Of a stretch of DNA of 64,000 bases, positions 28,630-42,703 are shown piece by piece. This stretch comes from the human T2T-CHM13v2.0 reference genome, Homo sapiens. The position numbers and the translations under genes are program-made. A model generated the notes under the pieces. The model searched no databases. It was not told the DNA's origin and saw only the letters and a list, made by a program, of their open reading frames with translations. The stretch lies in assembly GCF_009914755.1 (NCBI RefSeq), contig NC_060938.1, one strand, 5' to 3'. Within the stretch, counting starts at the first letter, position 1; each line of letters starts with the position of its first letter.

Positions 28630-29269
28630 TGATCAGATTACTAAGAGAGGAAGATGGGAAGGAGAAATAGACAAGAAACAAATGAAAAAAAATGTGGTTT
28701 TAAAATGTTTTGGAAACACTACAGTATCTGTTCACATAGAAACTAGAAAGCCTGACCATCAAAAGGAATAAATAAGCCATTTGGGTTCTTTTTTTCAAGA
28801 GTGGTTGCTTATCTAGATATTTAGCTGAAGCCATGCTTGCTGGCTACAATTATTGGCTGCATACACCTGGCTCAGGTATTATTCTTTAATAATGCCTAAG
28901 ATGATTGTCTGATTGTCTGTTTACCTTGGTACTTAAACTGGTCAACAAAACTATTAACTGGGAAAAACCAAAGGCATAGAATGGAAAGAACTGCCTTTGT
29001 TTAAACAGTAGGTAGTCCCTATAAATAACACACCAAATTACAAATTGCATACAGATGTGGTTCATTTAACCTTCATTCAACTGTTATTGAATTTCCACTC
29101 TGTGTCAGGTGTTACAAAGTTCCTGTCTCCAACTTGGTGTTGATCCAACTCTCCATTTTTCACTGTTCTGTCTCCAAGCCTTCTTCTCTTCTGAATTGCA
29201 CACCAGTAGCAATCTAATAAACTAAATGCAAAGAGAAATCCTTGAAAGTTCTCTCCTTGAAATAGACAG

Positions 29270-29470
29270 GCACCATGGCCTACTGGAAAGAACACAGACT
29301 TTAGGCAAAAACAGATTGATTTTTAAATCTGAAATTTGACTCTTAATAATGTTGTGTCTTCAACTTCTTTAGCTACGAGAATAAGAATTGTGCCCTCCTC
29401 ATAGAATTCTTATAAGGATTAAACGTGATAATATACGTGAAATACATAGAACATAGTACGTATGTGATAA
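29270..29470 (+). mobile_element. MIR fragment
   Basis: ggaaagaacacagactttaggc...aaggattaaacgtgataatatacgtgaaa. Confidence 0.6.
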
Positions 29471-30942
29471 ACAAGGCAATTTTTTAAATATAAACATTAT
29501 CTTTCAAGGTTCTGGGATTTTATTCCCAGTTCTGGTCTAACAGCCGAAAGTCCATATTCCATGGGTACTTTGGAATGTATGTACATTGTATGCAGTTCCC
29601 TTCATGTGTCAACCACTAGTTTTAAGTGGGAAAAAAATAATGTTTTTCAAGTGCAGTTCCTGGCTTTTTCCCAATGCTCCAACAACCTATCTACTGTATT
29701 TATTTCCTGTCTCTCACTGTGTTTCTATCCCCCACCACCACCTTTTCCCATTCCAATTTACCAAACAGAAATTCCAAAAAGGAAAATACCTGAATCTGGA
29801 ACTGAGTTTAGACTCACCTAACCAGCTCACCTGCAGGTTAACTGTTTTATAATCACCACATGAAGCACACATAATAAACAAAACAATATACCCTCTTACA
29901 GAGATGCACACTCACATGAGACACCACACAGCATTTGCTGCTTTCTCACATATCTATTCTCAGACATTTCCCTGCCCTCCCTCAGCAAGTCTATCAAAAG
30001 CTCAAATTTTCTGCGAGGAAGCAATTCTCTAAACATATATACATAGGAACATTATTTTGAATAAAAAGTATAAAAATTGGGAAAAGGTACATAGCTCTTC
30101 ACATGTAACATTTAAGTAAATTTAAAAATATGCACAACACAATAAATCATATTTTGTAAGGGTACATACATATTCAACGGCATACAAAAAACACATCAGA
30201 ATGAGTGCCTACAGGGAAGAAGGTATTGGAAACATGAATCAAAAATTAAAAGAAAAAAATAAAACAAAAGAGTAGACTTGCACAGATGAATTATGGTAAG
30301 TGCCATTAAGTAGGGCTATTTTAACTACTGGGATTTAAGAAAGATAATTCAAGCAAATGTTTTATTGTATTAGAAATGTTAGGCTAAGCTCTGCTGTAGT
30401 AAGATACAAACTCTGAAGATAAATGTATTACTTGTATTATTATTATTACAAAGCTGATATTCCTGAATATGATTTAACTCTGAAAGCTTTCAGGCTCTTT
30501 AAAACCTGAACCACAGAATTAGACAGGCTTAGTCATTGATAGTACTGAATTCATCAGACTTTCTAACACTGGAGACTACAACTATAAAACAATACAGAGG
30601 CATAGGCCTGAATGTGTGCCTCCTTTCTGTGGGCAGCTAGCTCCCAAAGAGAATGGGGAGAGAAAGAGGGTTTAATCTTCAAATGTTCAGTTTGTCCTTC
30701 CAAATTCACCAAATTGCTACTTGTTTCCCTTTATGGAAGTGGAGTAAGGGAGTGGGGAGAGCACAGGAATATTAACCTAACGGAACTCTCTTTACATGGG
30801 AGGAAGCATTAGGAGTAGAGAAGTTTCCCATCCTACCTTAAATACTGACTAAACCACAGTGAAAGTTTAAATAAATCTTTTGCCACATTTTTAGTCAGCT
30901 TAAAAAATTATACTACCACTATTGAATTAAGACCCTTAAATA

Positions 30943-32502
30943 CAGTCATGCATTGTTTAGCAACAGGGATATATTCTGAGAAATGTGTCATTAGGCAACT
31001 TCATCATTGTGTGGGCATCACAGAGTGTACTCACACAAACCTAAATGGTCTACTACTGCACCTTTAGGCTATATGATATAGCTTATTGCTCCTAGACTAC
31101 AAAGCTGTGCAGCATGTTACCGTACTGAGTGCTGTAGGCAAGCATAACACAATGTTAAGTATTTGCATATCTAAACATAGAAAGCATACAGTAAAAATAC
31201 AATATAGGAAATTTTTTAAAAGTTACACCTGTTTAGGGCACTTACCATGAATGGGGCTTGCACCACTGGAAGCTGCTTTATGTGAGTCAGTGAGTGAGTA
31301 AGTGGTGAGTGAATGTGACGGCCTAGGATACTACTGTATGCAACTGTAGACTACAAACACTGTACACATACTCTACACTGAATTTATTTTTAAAAAATTC
31401 TTTTCTCAATAATAAACTAACCTTAGCTTGCTGTAACTATTTCGCTTTATAAACTTTTTAATTTTTTTTTAACTTTTTGACTCTTTTGTAATAACACTTA
31501 GCTTAAACACAAACACATCCTAAAAATGTACAAAAAATATTTTCTTTCTTCATATCCTTATTCCATGAGTTTTTTTTCTATTTAATTTTTTTTTTACTTT
31601 TTAAATTTTATTGTTAAAAACTAAAACCCAGGCTAGGTGCAGTAGCTCATGCCTGTAATCCCAGCACTGTGGGAGGCTGAGGAGTGTAGATCATTTGAGG
31701 CAAGAATTCAAAACCAGCTTGGTCAACATAGCAAGACCCCATCCCTACTAAAAAATTAAATTAAATTAAAAATTCACTGGGCATAGTGGCACATTTCTAT
31801 AGTCCCAGCTGCTCAGGAGGCTGAGGCAAGAAAATCACTTGAGCATAGGAGTTTGACGTGCAGTCAGCAATGATCATGCCACTGCACTCCAGCCTGGGTG
31901 ACAGAGCAAGACCCCGACTCAAAAAAAAGCTAAAACACAAACACCCACATTAGCCTAGACCTACACAGGGTCGTGATCATCAGTATCACTCTCTTCCAAC
32001 TCCACATCTTATTCCACTGGAAACTCATCAGGTACAATAACATACGTAAAGCTGTCATCTCCTATGCCTTCTTCTGGAATACCTCCTGCAGGACCTGCCT
32101 GAAGCTGTTTTACAGCATATTATCTATATATCTATATCTCTATATCTATATGTCTATATATAGATATAGATATAGATAAAAGAGCATGCTGTAAACTAAC
32201 AATTAAAAGTATGGTATAGCACATATACCAGTAACTTATTAATAGTATTTTATGGTCATTATCAAGTATTATGTCCTATACGATAATTGTATATGCTATA
32301 CTCTTGTATGCCTGGCAGCACAGTAGGTTTGTTTACACCAGCATCACCACAAACATGTGAGTAATGTCTTGCACTATGATGTCACTACAGCTACTGTGTC
32401 ACTAGGCAATAGGAATTTTTCAGTTCCATTATAATTTTATAGGACTACCATCATATACACAGTCCATCATTGACTGAAATATTGTTATACAGTGCCTGGT
32501 TA
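30943..32502 (+). mobile_element. Tigger3b (MER7B-type) Tc1/mariner non-autonomous DNA transposon
   Basis: TA|cagtcatgcattgtttagcaacagggatatattctgagaaatgtgtcattagg start; degenerate TIR ..attgttatacagtgcctggtta|TA; ~1.25 kb after removing the Alu. Confidence 0.9.
31631..31924 (+). mobile_element. AluJ inserted in Tigger3b
   Basis: aaatcacttgagcataggagtttga..gcagtcagcaatgatcatgcc (J-type); TSD aaaaactaaaaccca / aaaagctaaaacaca. Confidence 0.9.
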
Positions 32503-33529
32503 TAGCTAATTTTATTTGAACAAACTTTAGATATTCTTACTTCTAAATAATATTCTTTGTATTCTACCAATATTATAGCTTAAGTGAAACTAATTTTTTC
32601 TCTTGTTTACTGAAATGTAAAAACCAGTTCAGGACACCATTACTAGTCCTCTAATAGCTTACTAAGTCACGTAATTCATTCCCATACAATGAAATAGAAA
32701 ATAATTTAGGCTATTATGAGGTCTGTAATTGGTTACTTCTAATGCTATTTTAAGCTATACCAGATTCAACACATTTTATAGAAAATATTGAACAACATCC
32801 TAAATTCATATATACTTTTTGAACTATTTTGATTTCTATTCACTTGTCTTTTCAAAGGGGAAATTGAATCTCTTCTCATAAGTCATACTATCTAAAGGAA
32901 TAACTAAAGCAAATATTTTTAGATATGTTTTGGGCAAGAAATACAGGACTTGAAATAAGACCTTTTAGATAGTATACACCATACATTTTCTGTCCACTAT
33001 ATAGTTCAGATTGCTTAAATTCACAGACATCTTTTTTAAAATCTGTACATATTCCACCACATATCTCAAACTATTCCTTATCATTAGTTCTTGTTCTCTT
33101 TAAGAAAGATACTATGATAAATTTGGCGTTATTGTCAGGTACTTCTGATGCTGAAGAAGCCAATTATTATATAGTGCATATGTGATGTGTTATGAATGCA
33201 CAATTTATATTTAAAATGGAGAATTCTTTTCCTTTACATTTATTTAGTGGGTATCACCATGGTAACTGAGCACTTTCACAAAGCCTAATTTATGACACAA
33301 AAAACATAAAGAAAAGAAAGAGCTTATACTTTCCATATTTTGCATATTGACAGAAAAACTTCTTGGTTGACACATATTTGGGGAGGAAAGAAAGAGATGC
33401 AGGAGATGATATGGACAAAAGCAATCTCTTTTAATATGTAAAGATTCTGACTTCTCAAACCTATGTTGTAAGAAAAACTTCCCCAGGAAAAAAACTTTTT
33501 CACAAAGAATAATTCAATCTCACGATAGA

Positions 33530-33690
33530 AAGGGCCACAGAAATAATCTCTCCTAACCCTCTTGTTTTAAAGATGAGATCCCTGAAGCTTAGTCCATTGG
33601 TCTGAACTCTTCAAGATCACACACCCAGTTTGTAACAGAACTCAGTTTCAACCCCAAGCCAGTTGCCTTCTAGTCCTGTGTTCTTTCTAT
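33530..33690 (-). mobile_element. MIR fragment
   Basis: ttttaaagatgagatccctgaagcttag...caagatcacacaccc...tttcaaccccaag. Confidence 0.6.
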
Positions 33691-33893
33691 ACAATCACAT
33701 TTCAAATATTCCATTTCTACCTCTTGTCCTCATTAAAACACAACTACTTTGAGAAGTCTGATCTGATCAGAACACATTATTATTTTCCTTAATAGCTAGT
33801 TTTTAAAAAGCTTATAGTGCCAATCAAAAAAAGATAAATAAAAACACATAAAATGTTAGGATGTAGTCTTTTTTTAAGTTTGTTTATGACAAA

Positions 33894-34327
33894 TGTCAAG
33901 AACCATGAAGTGTCAGATTTTACCCTAGTTGCAAGCTAACAAATTAGCTCATTAGAGACAAAAAATAGATTATTTCTCACGGCAATAGCAGTAGCTAGAG
34001 TATCAACATTTGCAACATGTCCCCAAGAGTAATGCAAAGAGGGCCAATGATGCTAGCACATGCAATGGGATGTTACAAAAGAAGAACCCTAAACTTAGAG
34101 AGTAGAAATATTTTATTACAGACAGTGAGCCGACCTGATCTTTCTGTAGAAGGGATACTAATTTCGTTATACTGGACGGTAAGCTAATATGTCCTTTACT
34201 CCAGAGAAAAATATTATCTCTATTTTTCAAGGCTATTTTTATACAAATATCCTTAAATAGTCCAGAAAAAAAATCACCCTCTATTTGCAGAAGCACAAGA
34301 GACCTTTTGAGAATTGTCTTGAAACTA
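33894..34327 (-). mobile_element. 3' LTR of ERVL provirus (LTR53/MER54-like)
   Basis: tgtcaag..cagattttaccctagttgcaagctaac...gagaattgtc; homologous to 37394-38230; adjoining purine tract (+ strand taaccacctctc) fits a PPT. Confidence 0.75.
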
Positions 34328-37300
34328 TAACCACCTCTCATTGTTACATTTTCTTAGCCTCTGAAAATTTTTCACATGAGTACAACACTCCATCAGTTAT
34401 GATGATTAATCTGAACAATAGCGGTCAAATCCTGCGGGCCGTCAATTCTTTAAAAAGTTTTATTAAAACACAGCCATTCATGTATGTATTGTCTCTGACT
34501 GTTTTCATTCTTTAATAGCAGAGTTCACTATACCTTGACTATCAGCCTATTGCTGAGTAGCTTTTGTGATGAAAAGCACATCACTGTCAGACTTCAAATG
34601 GTCTAGAAAAACACATATTAATATATAACACAAAATACTTTCAAAGGTCCCAATAGTGGGGCCAGAGTCAGCTAATCAGACAGGAAAAGCAATTTCATAA
34701 TCTGAAAAAGTGTTAATGGAAGGGAGGCAATATTATATACCTCCAAGATGTAGGCAGCCTGCCAGAAATGGGTGAGGGCTCCAATCCCATGTGATGTGTC
34801 TTCCATTTCTGGAGGACAAATGGGTTAACTTTTGGCAGGAGTTGCAAGTCTTCTATGCAGAAATGTCCTCTGCATCAGAAACATAGAGTCCTTTACTTTG
34901 TGCCCAATCTGTGATGGTGAATGTGTTGCCATGCCCAGGGTAAGGATGGAACCAGGAAGCACTGACAGCAATCTGGGCAGAGCAAACTTGATCAATAGTG
35001 TAATTCCAGCTGTTCATATCAGAGAATGAGCCCATATCATGGGCACCTAGAGAGTGACCCAGACAGTTTCATCAGCAGCTACAATTTGTTTCCATAATTT
35101 CCCAGGCCCAAAGAGGTGTGTCTTGAATTTGCCAGCCATAATTTTTCCACACCAGCAGCTAGGACATTGGTTACAACCTACAGTCGGTAAATATATAAGG
35201 TTAGTCAAGGGGAGTATCATCCAGAGGCAAGAGAAAAGCCTTGAGTTCTGCCCACTGTGCAGAATATTTATGTCCATTCTCAGTTCTATTACAGCTGGTG
35301 CTCAGGCTGAACAGCTGAGGGCCCATCCCACAAAGGGATAGCTGCCACTTTTTCACATGAAGCCAAGATGTTATCTGGACTGACTGCAGTCCTGAAAATA
35401 TCATTTCCTTTAGACAAATGAGACTTGTGAAACCCTTCTCACCTTAATAGTTGTTGATCCTGAGTTCACTCACCCCAAAATTGGAATATCAGGATAGAGA
35501 GTCAAAAGCCCTCCAAGGTTCAGGCCTTCAGTTTCAATAAAAGCACAGTAGCAAGCCAACAGGTGCTTTCAAAAAGAGTGTGCATGGTGCCAATATAAGG
35601 AAAGTGATGCATCTAAAGTAAAGCCCCAAGGGTGCCTCAGGTGGAAGCTGCCTCCCTTTGCCAGAGGCTCAAGATGGAAAAATCATTAGTCACTGAGACT
35701 ATAGCTTGAGGAGGTCATCCAGTTTGTGGGATCCCAAAAGTATTATTACTTTCCTACGGATAGCTCTTCTTGATCAGAATTCCCTTTGGTACTTATGGAA
35801 TGGAAGGTACAAGCATATTCACATCAATTTCTACTATATATTCAAATATAGAAGCAACAAAAGCAGTACATTGAATTGTTCCAAAGGGCCCTACCAACTA
35901 CAAACTTACATTAGTGTCTCTTACCCCACTGTAAACTTTGCCCAGTCAGATAAGTTGAACCTGGGCTTCCTTCCCGACTCAAGACCAGGTAGAATAATGA
36001 CATGGACGCCTGCATCCAATAAGGTCATACGAGTTTGAGTCTTTCTCCCTGAAGTTCTCTAGCATACTTAACTAGGTGAATATGTCCTTTGATCCCTCTT
36101 AAGGATGGGGAGACCTCAGCCTCACCCCTATTCATCTTTCTCCATAATGAAGCTACAGAGGAGGCAGGAGGTGGCAAGAAGTGACATAGGGGCTTTATGA
36201 AAAGATGCAAAGGGAAAAAGTGGGGTAGCACAGCTCATAGCTCATGACTCAACCAAATGAACTTCTAATGTTCTCATTCTGACCAAAATTCTGTATCAAT
36301 TGGCAAGATTCTTATGGCTAGCAGCATCAATTTCAGTATTAGAGACCCCTGGATATAACATAACACCCACAACCACATCGCATTCTCACTGGGGGTGCAA
36401 GGGTTATGCCCTTTGCCCAACTCAAGCCTGACACAGCAACAACTTTTTTAAGGAATTCACCTAAATCTGGAGCGTCTGCAAGCACCACTACCAAAATAAC
36501 ATTCTCTTAAATTCTTTCAAGTTTCAATATAAAAAATAGGGGAGTGTTCCAGGGCTGCAGCACTAACCATAAAATTGATCTAAGAATTTGGTTTAGTTTC
36601 TCATTCTTCAGTGGATCACCTTCATCAGCATCATAAACCCAATTTGGATCAGGAAAACCTCAAGTACTTGTTAATCCCTCATCGATGATTTGCCACAGGA
36701 GTTTGTCTCCAAAAAATCTCAAAGAAGCTCAAGAATCTCTTATAACAACCATGAATAATTTTTTTAAAAAAAGAAAGAAAAGTCAGAAGACTTTATTTTC
36801 ATCTCTAAACGGGTCTAAGATTCAGATGATAGACTGCAGGAGGCACAAAGTCATATGATGGCATTTTGGTTGCCATTCTTTTTAAACAAGCATTATATAA
36901 CCTACCCCTCATCTCTTGAGTAAATCAAGCAAGTGCTAGCCATTTGCCTGGTTTCTGTCTATGTGGTTTCAAATTTTCCTCCTTGACACTCAGTAGTAGT
37001 TTTTCTATAAATATTATCACACAGAAGTAAGAACCTTCTGGTCTCCCCAGGGCAAATTTTAATAATACTTGTTACCATAGGGTGGACCTGAGCCTGACCA
37101 CCAGATTGAAAAGATAGTCTTCCTGCCCAGAGGAGAATTAGATACAATCAGGGCACCATTCAGACAGCTGCCTTTGAATTTACTTCTGAGTTCTCAGGCT
37201 GCAACACCCTCCCAAATTCATCCTCATTAACACCCATTAAAGTAGAAGATTATTAATTGTCCTGTTGACCATATAGTTTGGTCAAATGTCTGCTATCAAC

Positions 37301-37393
37301 ACATGGCATTGCCTTAAATCAGCCATAAGGATCTCATTCTTCCTCTTCCAAAAACTCATGTCTCTTTCAGCATCCCATGCTCATCATCAAAAC
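34328..37393 (-). mobile_element. Degenerate ERVL internal region (protease, RNase H and integrase remnants)
   Basis: Minus-strand motifs: LLDAGV (~36010) and VGPFGT..EYIVEIDV (protease); YSAQWAELKA (RNase H, ~35250); WFHPYPGHG...WAQSKGL and TCNSCQK (integrase HHCC, ~34830-34950); degenerate PBS-like tgatgatgagcatgggat next to the 5' LTR. Confidence 0.8.
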
Positions 37394-38230
<837 letters not shown>

Positions 38231-38300
38231 ATGTAAACAATTAGTGATGTAGTGTTAAAAGGTATATGTCTATATAAGCTTGTTATTGTTATGCTGATAT

Positions 38301-38529
38301 TTTTATTTTTAACACATTTATTGAGGTATTACTGTCATGCAAGAAACTGCACATATTTAGGGAAGAAATTTTGCTAAGTTTTGATGTATGTATATATACA
38401 TGGAGCCTGACCACCATATTGACAAGATAGTCTTCCTGCTCAAAGGAGAGTTAAATACAACCAGGGCACCAGGAGCATAATCAAGTTAATGAACATAGGC
38501 ATCATCTTAAAAAGTTTCTTAATGTCTTT
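38301..38529 (-). mobile_element. L1MA/MB-type 3' end fragment carrying a 69-bp foreign insert
   Basis: tttattgaggta...aaactgcacatattta...aagttttgatgtatgtata[insert]aatcaagttaatgaacata..catc..aaaagtttc. Confidence 0.75.
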
Positions 38530-40056
38530 TTTTAAAAAATTCATTTTTTAAAACATCAGATGACTTTTATCCAAAGCAGATGAAATTAATTGAATTGCCA
38601 ATATCTCCTTTAAGGTAAAAATTATATTTCTACCAGACAAGGCATGATAAATGATTCCTGGTGGAGGTAAGGATATGTCTTAGGGCATAGTTTGAGCTAA
38701 ATGGTTGCACTAAAAGAAATTACAAAAGTTTTCTATCATTACTCTCAATGTCATGCAGACAGGACATTTAAAATTGCCACTGAGTTTCACTTTAGTCAAT
38801 GGAGATTTTCATTCTGAAAACTTACCCATCAAACATGATCTTCTTGCAGGATTTAAGTAATTGCTGAAATATAATGCTTTCATTTTCTTTCAACAGGTTT
38901 CCTGCCTACTTCTTTCCTTAGAGTTGATTTCTAAAAAAGATAAGTGGTTCGATTATATCATTTTGAGGTAAATGAGGATAACTTAAACGTTCTTCTCATC
39001 TGTTAAAGAAAGATGCCCTTTTTATGTTTTTCAGTTTTCCAAAGTAAAGATTTTATTTCCATAGTCTTTGGAATATGGAAATAAATTATATGGAACATTA
39101 TTACAGTTACATGTTACATTAAGATTATATGAAACCAGAGCTAAACAAAATAAAATTCTTATATACATGTTTCATCATATTATAAATCAAGTTTTACTTT
39201 ACTTAAATAGTAAAGAACTAATAGGCTATACCTTGCATCATTCACCATGAAGTAAAGCAGATCTTACCGAAAAATTGACACCTAAAAATTATTTAAACTG
39301 GAATTTCGTTTGCAATGGTCCTTGAAATAAATTCCTATACAGGAGAAAAACTTCAGTAGCAATATGTAAACATCTTCAGCTTGGTGCCCCAATGGGAATC
39401 AATAGGATCATAATTAAAGAATAATAAAGAGCACACAAGTTACATATTGTAACATCTCGTGTCTGTTTTTAACATGCAAACTACACAGCAAATAAAATCT
39501 GTTTTTACATTCATATTTATCACAGAGTTAATATTTTTGTTGGTATTTTGGGGGACTCATAAAACAAAGTAATTTTAAAACATTAGATCTTTTTTAAGTA
39601 TGCCTTAAAAGTTAGAGATATATTCCAGGAACTTAGACCTTGCTGCCTTTGAAATATACCACAAAGATGCATTAATGAAAGAAATATTAATACATTTTTA
39701 CACAATGTCCTGAAAAACGGTTAGAAATGCAGGAAATAAATGATAAATATTCATTATTTTGCTATCTTAAGCAATAACAGTTTGATAAGAAAAACTGAAA
39801 GATTTTCTGAAATTAGAATAATATTTCAATAGGTTAGATAAATATCACTATCAAGAATGTGTTTGAGCAGGCATAAAAATATTTTATTGGCCATAGAAAA
39901 TTTAATGAAATTCCCATGCTTGAAAACTAGCAATTTGTAAGCAGGTCATCATGGAAGAGGATATTGGGGGATGACCAAAATCTTCCTACAATACTCTGGC
40001 ATTCTGAGCCCCTTTTAAATCACATTCTTTTTCCTCTCCATTCTTTATTTGCTATC

Positions 40057-40420
40057 TTTATTAGTCCATTTTCACACTGCTATAAAGAACTACCTGAGAC
40101 TGGGTAATTTACAAATAAAAGAGGCTTAATTGACTCACAGTTCCACATGGCCAGGAAGGCCTCAGGAAACTTAACAATCATTGTAGAAGGTGAAGGGAAA
40201 CAAGGCACCTCTTACATGGCAGCAAGAGAGAAAGAATGAGGAGGGCGAACTGCCAATCACTTTTAAACCATCAGATCTCCTGAGAACTCACTATCATGAG
40301 ACCAGCATGGGGGAAACCACCCCCATGATACAATCACCTCCAACCAGGTTCCTCCCTCAACACCTGGGGATTACAATTCAAGATGTGATTTGGGTGGGGA
40401 CATAGAGCCAAACCATATCA
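40057..40420 (-). mobile_element. THE1D-like MaLR solo LTR
   Basis: tattagtccattttcacactgctataaagaactacctgagactggg...gagccaaaccatatca; 5-bp TSD ctatc. Confidence 0.93.
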
Positions 40421-40959
40421 CTATCTTACTTCATTAAGAGCAATACGTGTTAATTAAACACTATGGAGAATTTTTAAACTCCTTGGTGAAATCTGTGGCA
40501 TTACTCGCTCTACGCCTATGTATTTTATGGGTCTGCCCACATATTATACTCTTCTGACATCTCTATTACCATTATTGTTCTAATTATAAATTCTCAGCAG
40601 ACACTATTATAATCATGAGAGTTGGGCTTACTCCCCCAACCAGTCCTTTTCCATCCTCTTAAATTATTTATCCCACCCAATTTACGTCCCACAGTTCAAT
40701 CTTTAAACTAGGACTCAGCACAGAATGTTGAACCAGCAAAATCCTTCTTTAAGGAAATATGCCTGGAGATACATTTCTCTACCTGTATCCTAACTATGAA
40801 TTCAGAAATCAGAGAGAGAAAAAGGGAATGCAAGAGGAGACAGACAGTGGTGATGGTTACACAACATTATGAATATATTCAATACCTCTCAACTATACAC
40901 TTAACTAATATAGTACATTTTATGTTATGTGTATTTCACAACAAAAAAATTGAAAATAT

Positions 40960-41190
40960 TGTGGCAGGGACATTGGATTTGTAGTCGATCAGAATTTAAT
41001 TCAAATAGTTGGCTCTATCCATTTCTGATTTATATAGCAAATTATTTAAGTTCACTGGGCATAGTATTTCTCAACTATAAAATACAGATAACAATTTTAT
41101 CTACCCCACATGGTTCTTGTGAGAATTAAATTATAAAATGCAAGTTATGACATTTGTTCATAGTAAATATCAAATAAATGTTAGTTATTA
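40960..41190 (+). mobile_element. MIR
   Basis: ttcaaatagttggctctatcc...tttctcaactataaaat...atctaccccacatggttcttgtgagaattaaat. Confidence 0.7.
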
Positions 41191-41329
41191 ATCCAAACTT
41201 AAATCCATTTTATTGATCATTAATTATTGCCTATGTTTGGTGTGCTTTAGGATTTTATTAGTTTTTTTTTTCTTAATCTGAAGCCAAGTTTTCTCTAGTG
41301 TGCAAATGTTATACAGTTGCAAAGGTGGT

Positions 41330-41810
41330 CTTTCTAAACCAGAATCATTACCATATTCAAAATTCTTTAGTTGTTTTCTGTTTCCATCCTTTCTAACCTC
41401 ATTTCCCAGCTCTCAATCTTACATCAAGCCAGACTGGGACTGAGACCCACAAGCAATTCCCTGAAAAAGCCTCATCTTTCTCTCCTCCCCAACCTGACAC
41501 AGTGTCACCCCTGATCAGACTGCCTCCTTGGCCCTCTTTCTTTTCTACTTGAACAAGTCTTATTCATCCCTCAAGCTTCAGCTCAATGACCCTACCTTAG
41601 AAATCCTTCCAGGACTTCTGCAAATATCAGTGTTCCCATATCATTTAATTCATATGGCTATTATAAGGTCTGTCTAGTTGCTGTATTTCTTCAGGTATCT
41701 GTTCACACACTTGGCTGTGGTCCACTGGTAGGCAAAAGGCTATTGATTTCTTTGTTTCCCCACTACCTGACACATATTTGACATTCAACAAATGAAAAAT
41801 GAATGAGTGA
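41330..41810 (+). mobile_element. L2 3' fragment
   Basis: tcttattcatccctcaagcttcagctcaatg...cctgacacata..cattcaacaaatg..aatgaatgagtgaa L2 tail. Confidence 0.65.
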
Positions 41811-42206
41811 AAGGATTGGATTCTATTGGGAACATGAACAAACCAACCTGTAAGTGATGATCACAACCACACAGAGAAGATATTGCCCAACAAATTTTCC
41901 ACTTTTGAACTGACATAAATTAAGACACTTTCTCCAGAAAACCTCCATTCAAAGGTAAATGCATTACATTGGAGGGAAAATGTACTAAACTATTACTATA
42001 TTTACATGAATTTGTTTAACCAAACAGCAAGTCTTAGAACAGGATTCTAAGAGTTTGAAACAAAACTTTTTATGGGGCATATGTTGCCACAGAAGAATCC
42101 AAAGCAGACACTGCTGCTTAGGGAGAGAAAGAAAAAACGCAGGTGGACAGTCATAGTGGGTAGCTCTAGATAGGTCATATCTGAATTGGTGTAAAATCAG
42201 AAATGA

Positions 42207-42607
<401 letters not shown>

Positions 42608-42703
42608 AAGACAAACTAATTTTAACTCTAGTAACATCAAATTTTGTTAAGAAAGTAAATGCACTAAAAATAAAAATCATTTAGAAGATTAAATATAAAC
42701 TAT

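Noticed and set aside
29077-29295. Minus-strand exon-like ORF with an acceptor-like tract
   Set aside because: Ends in an L2 3'-tail relic (cctgacacagagtggaaattcaataa..tgaatgaa) and has no good donor.
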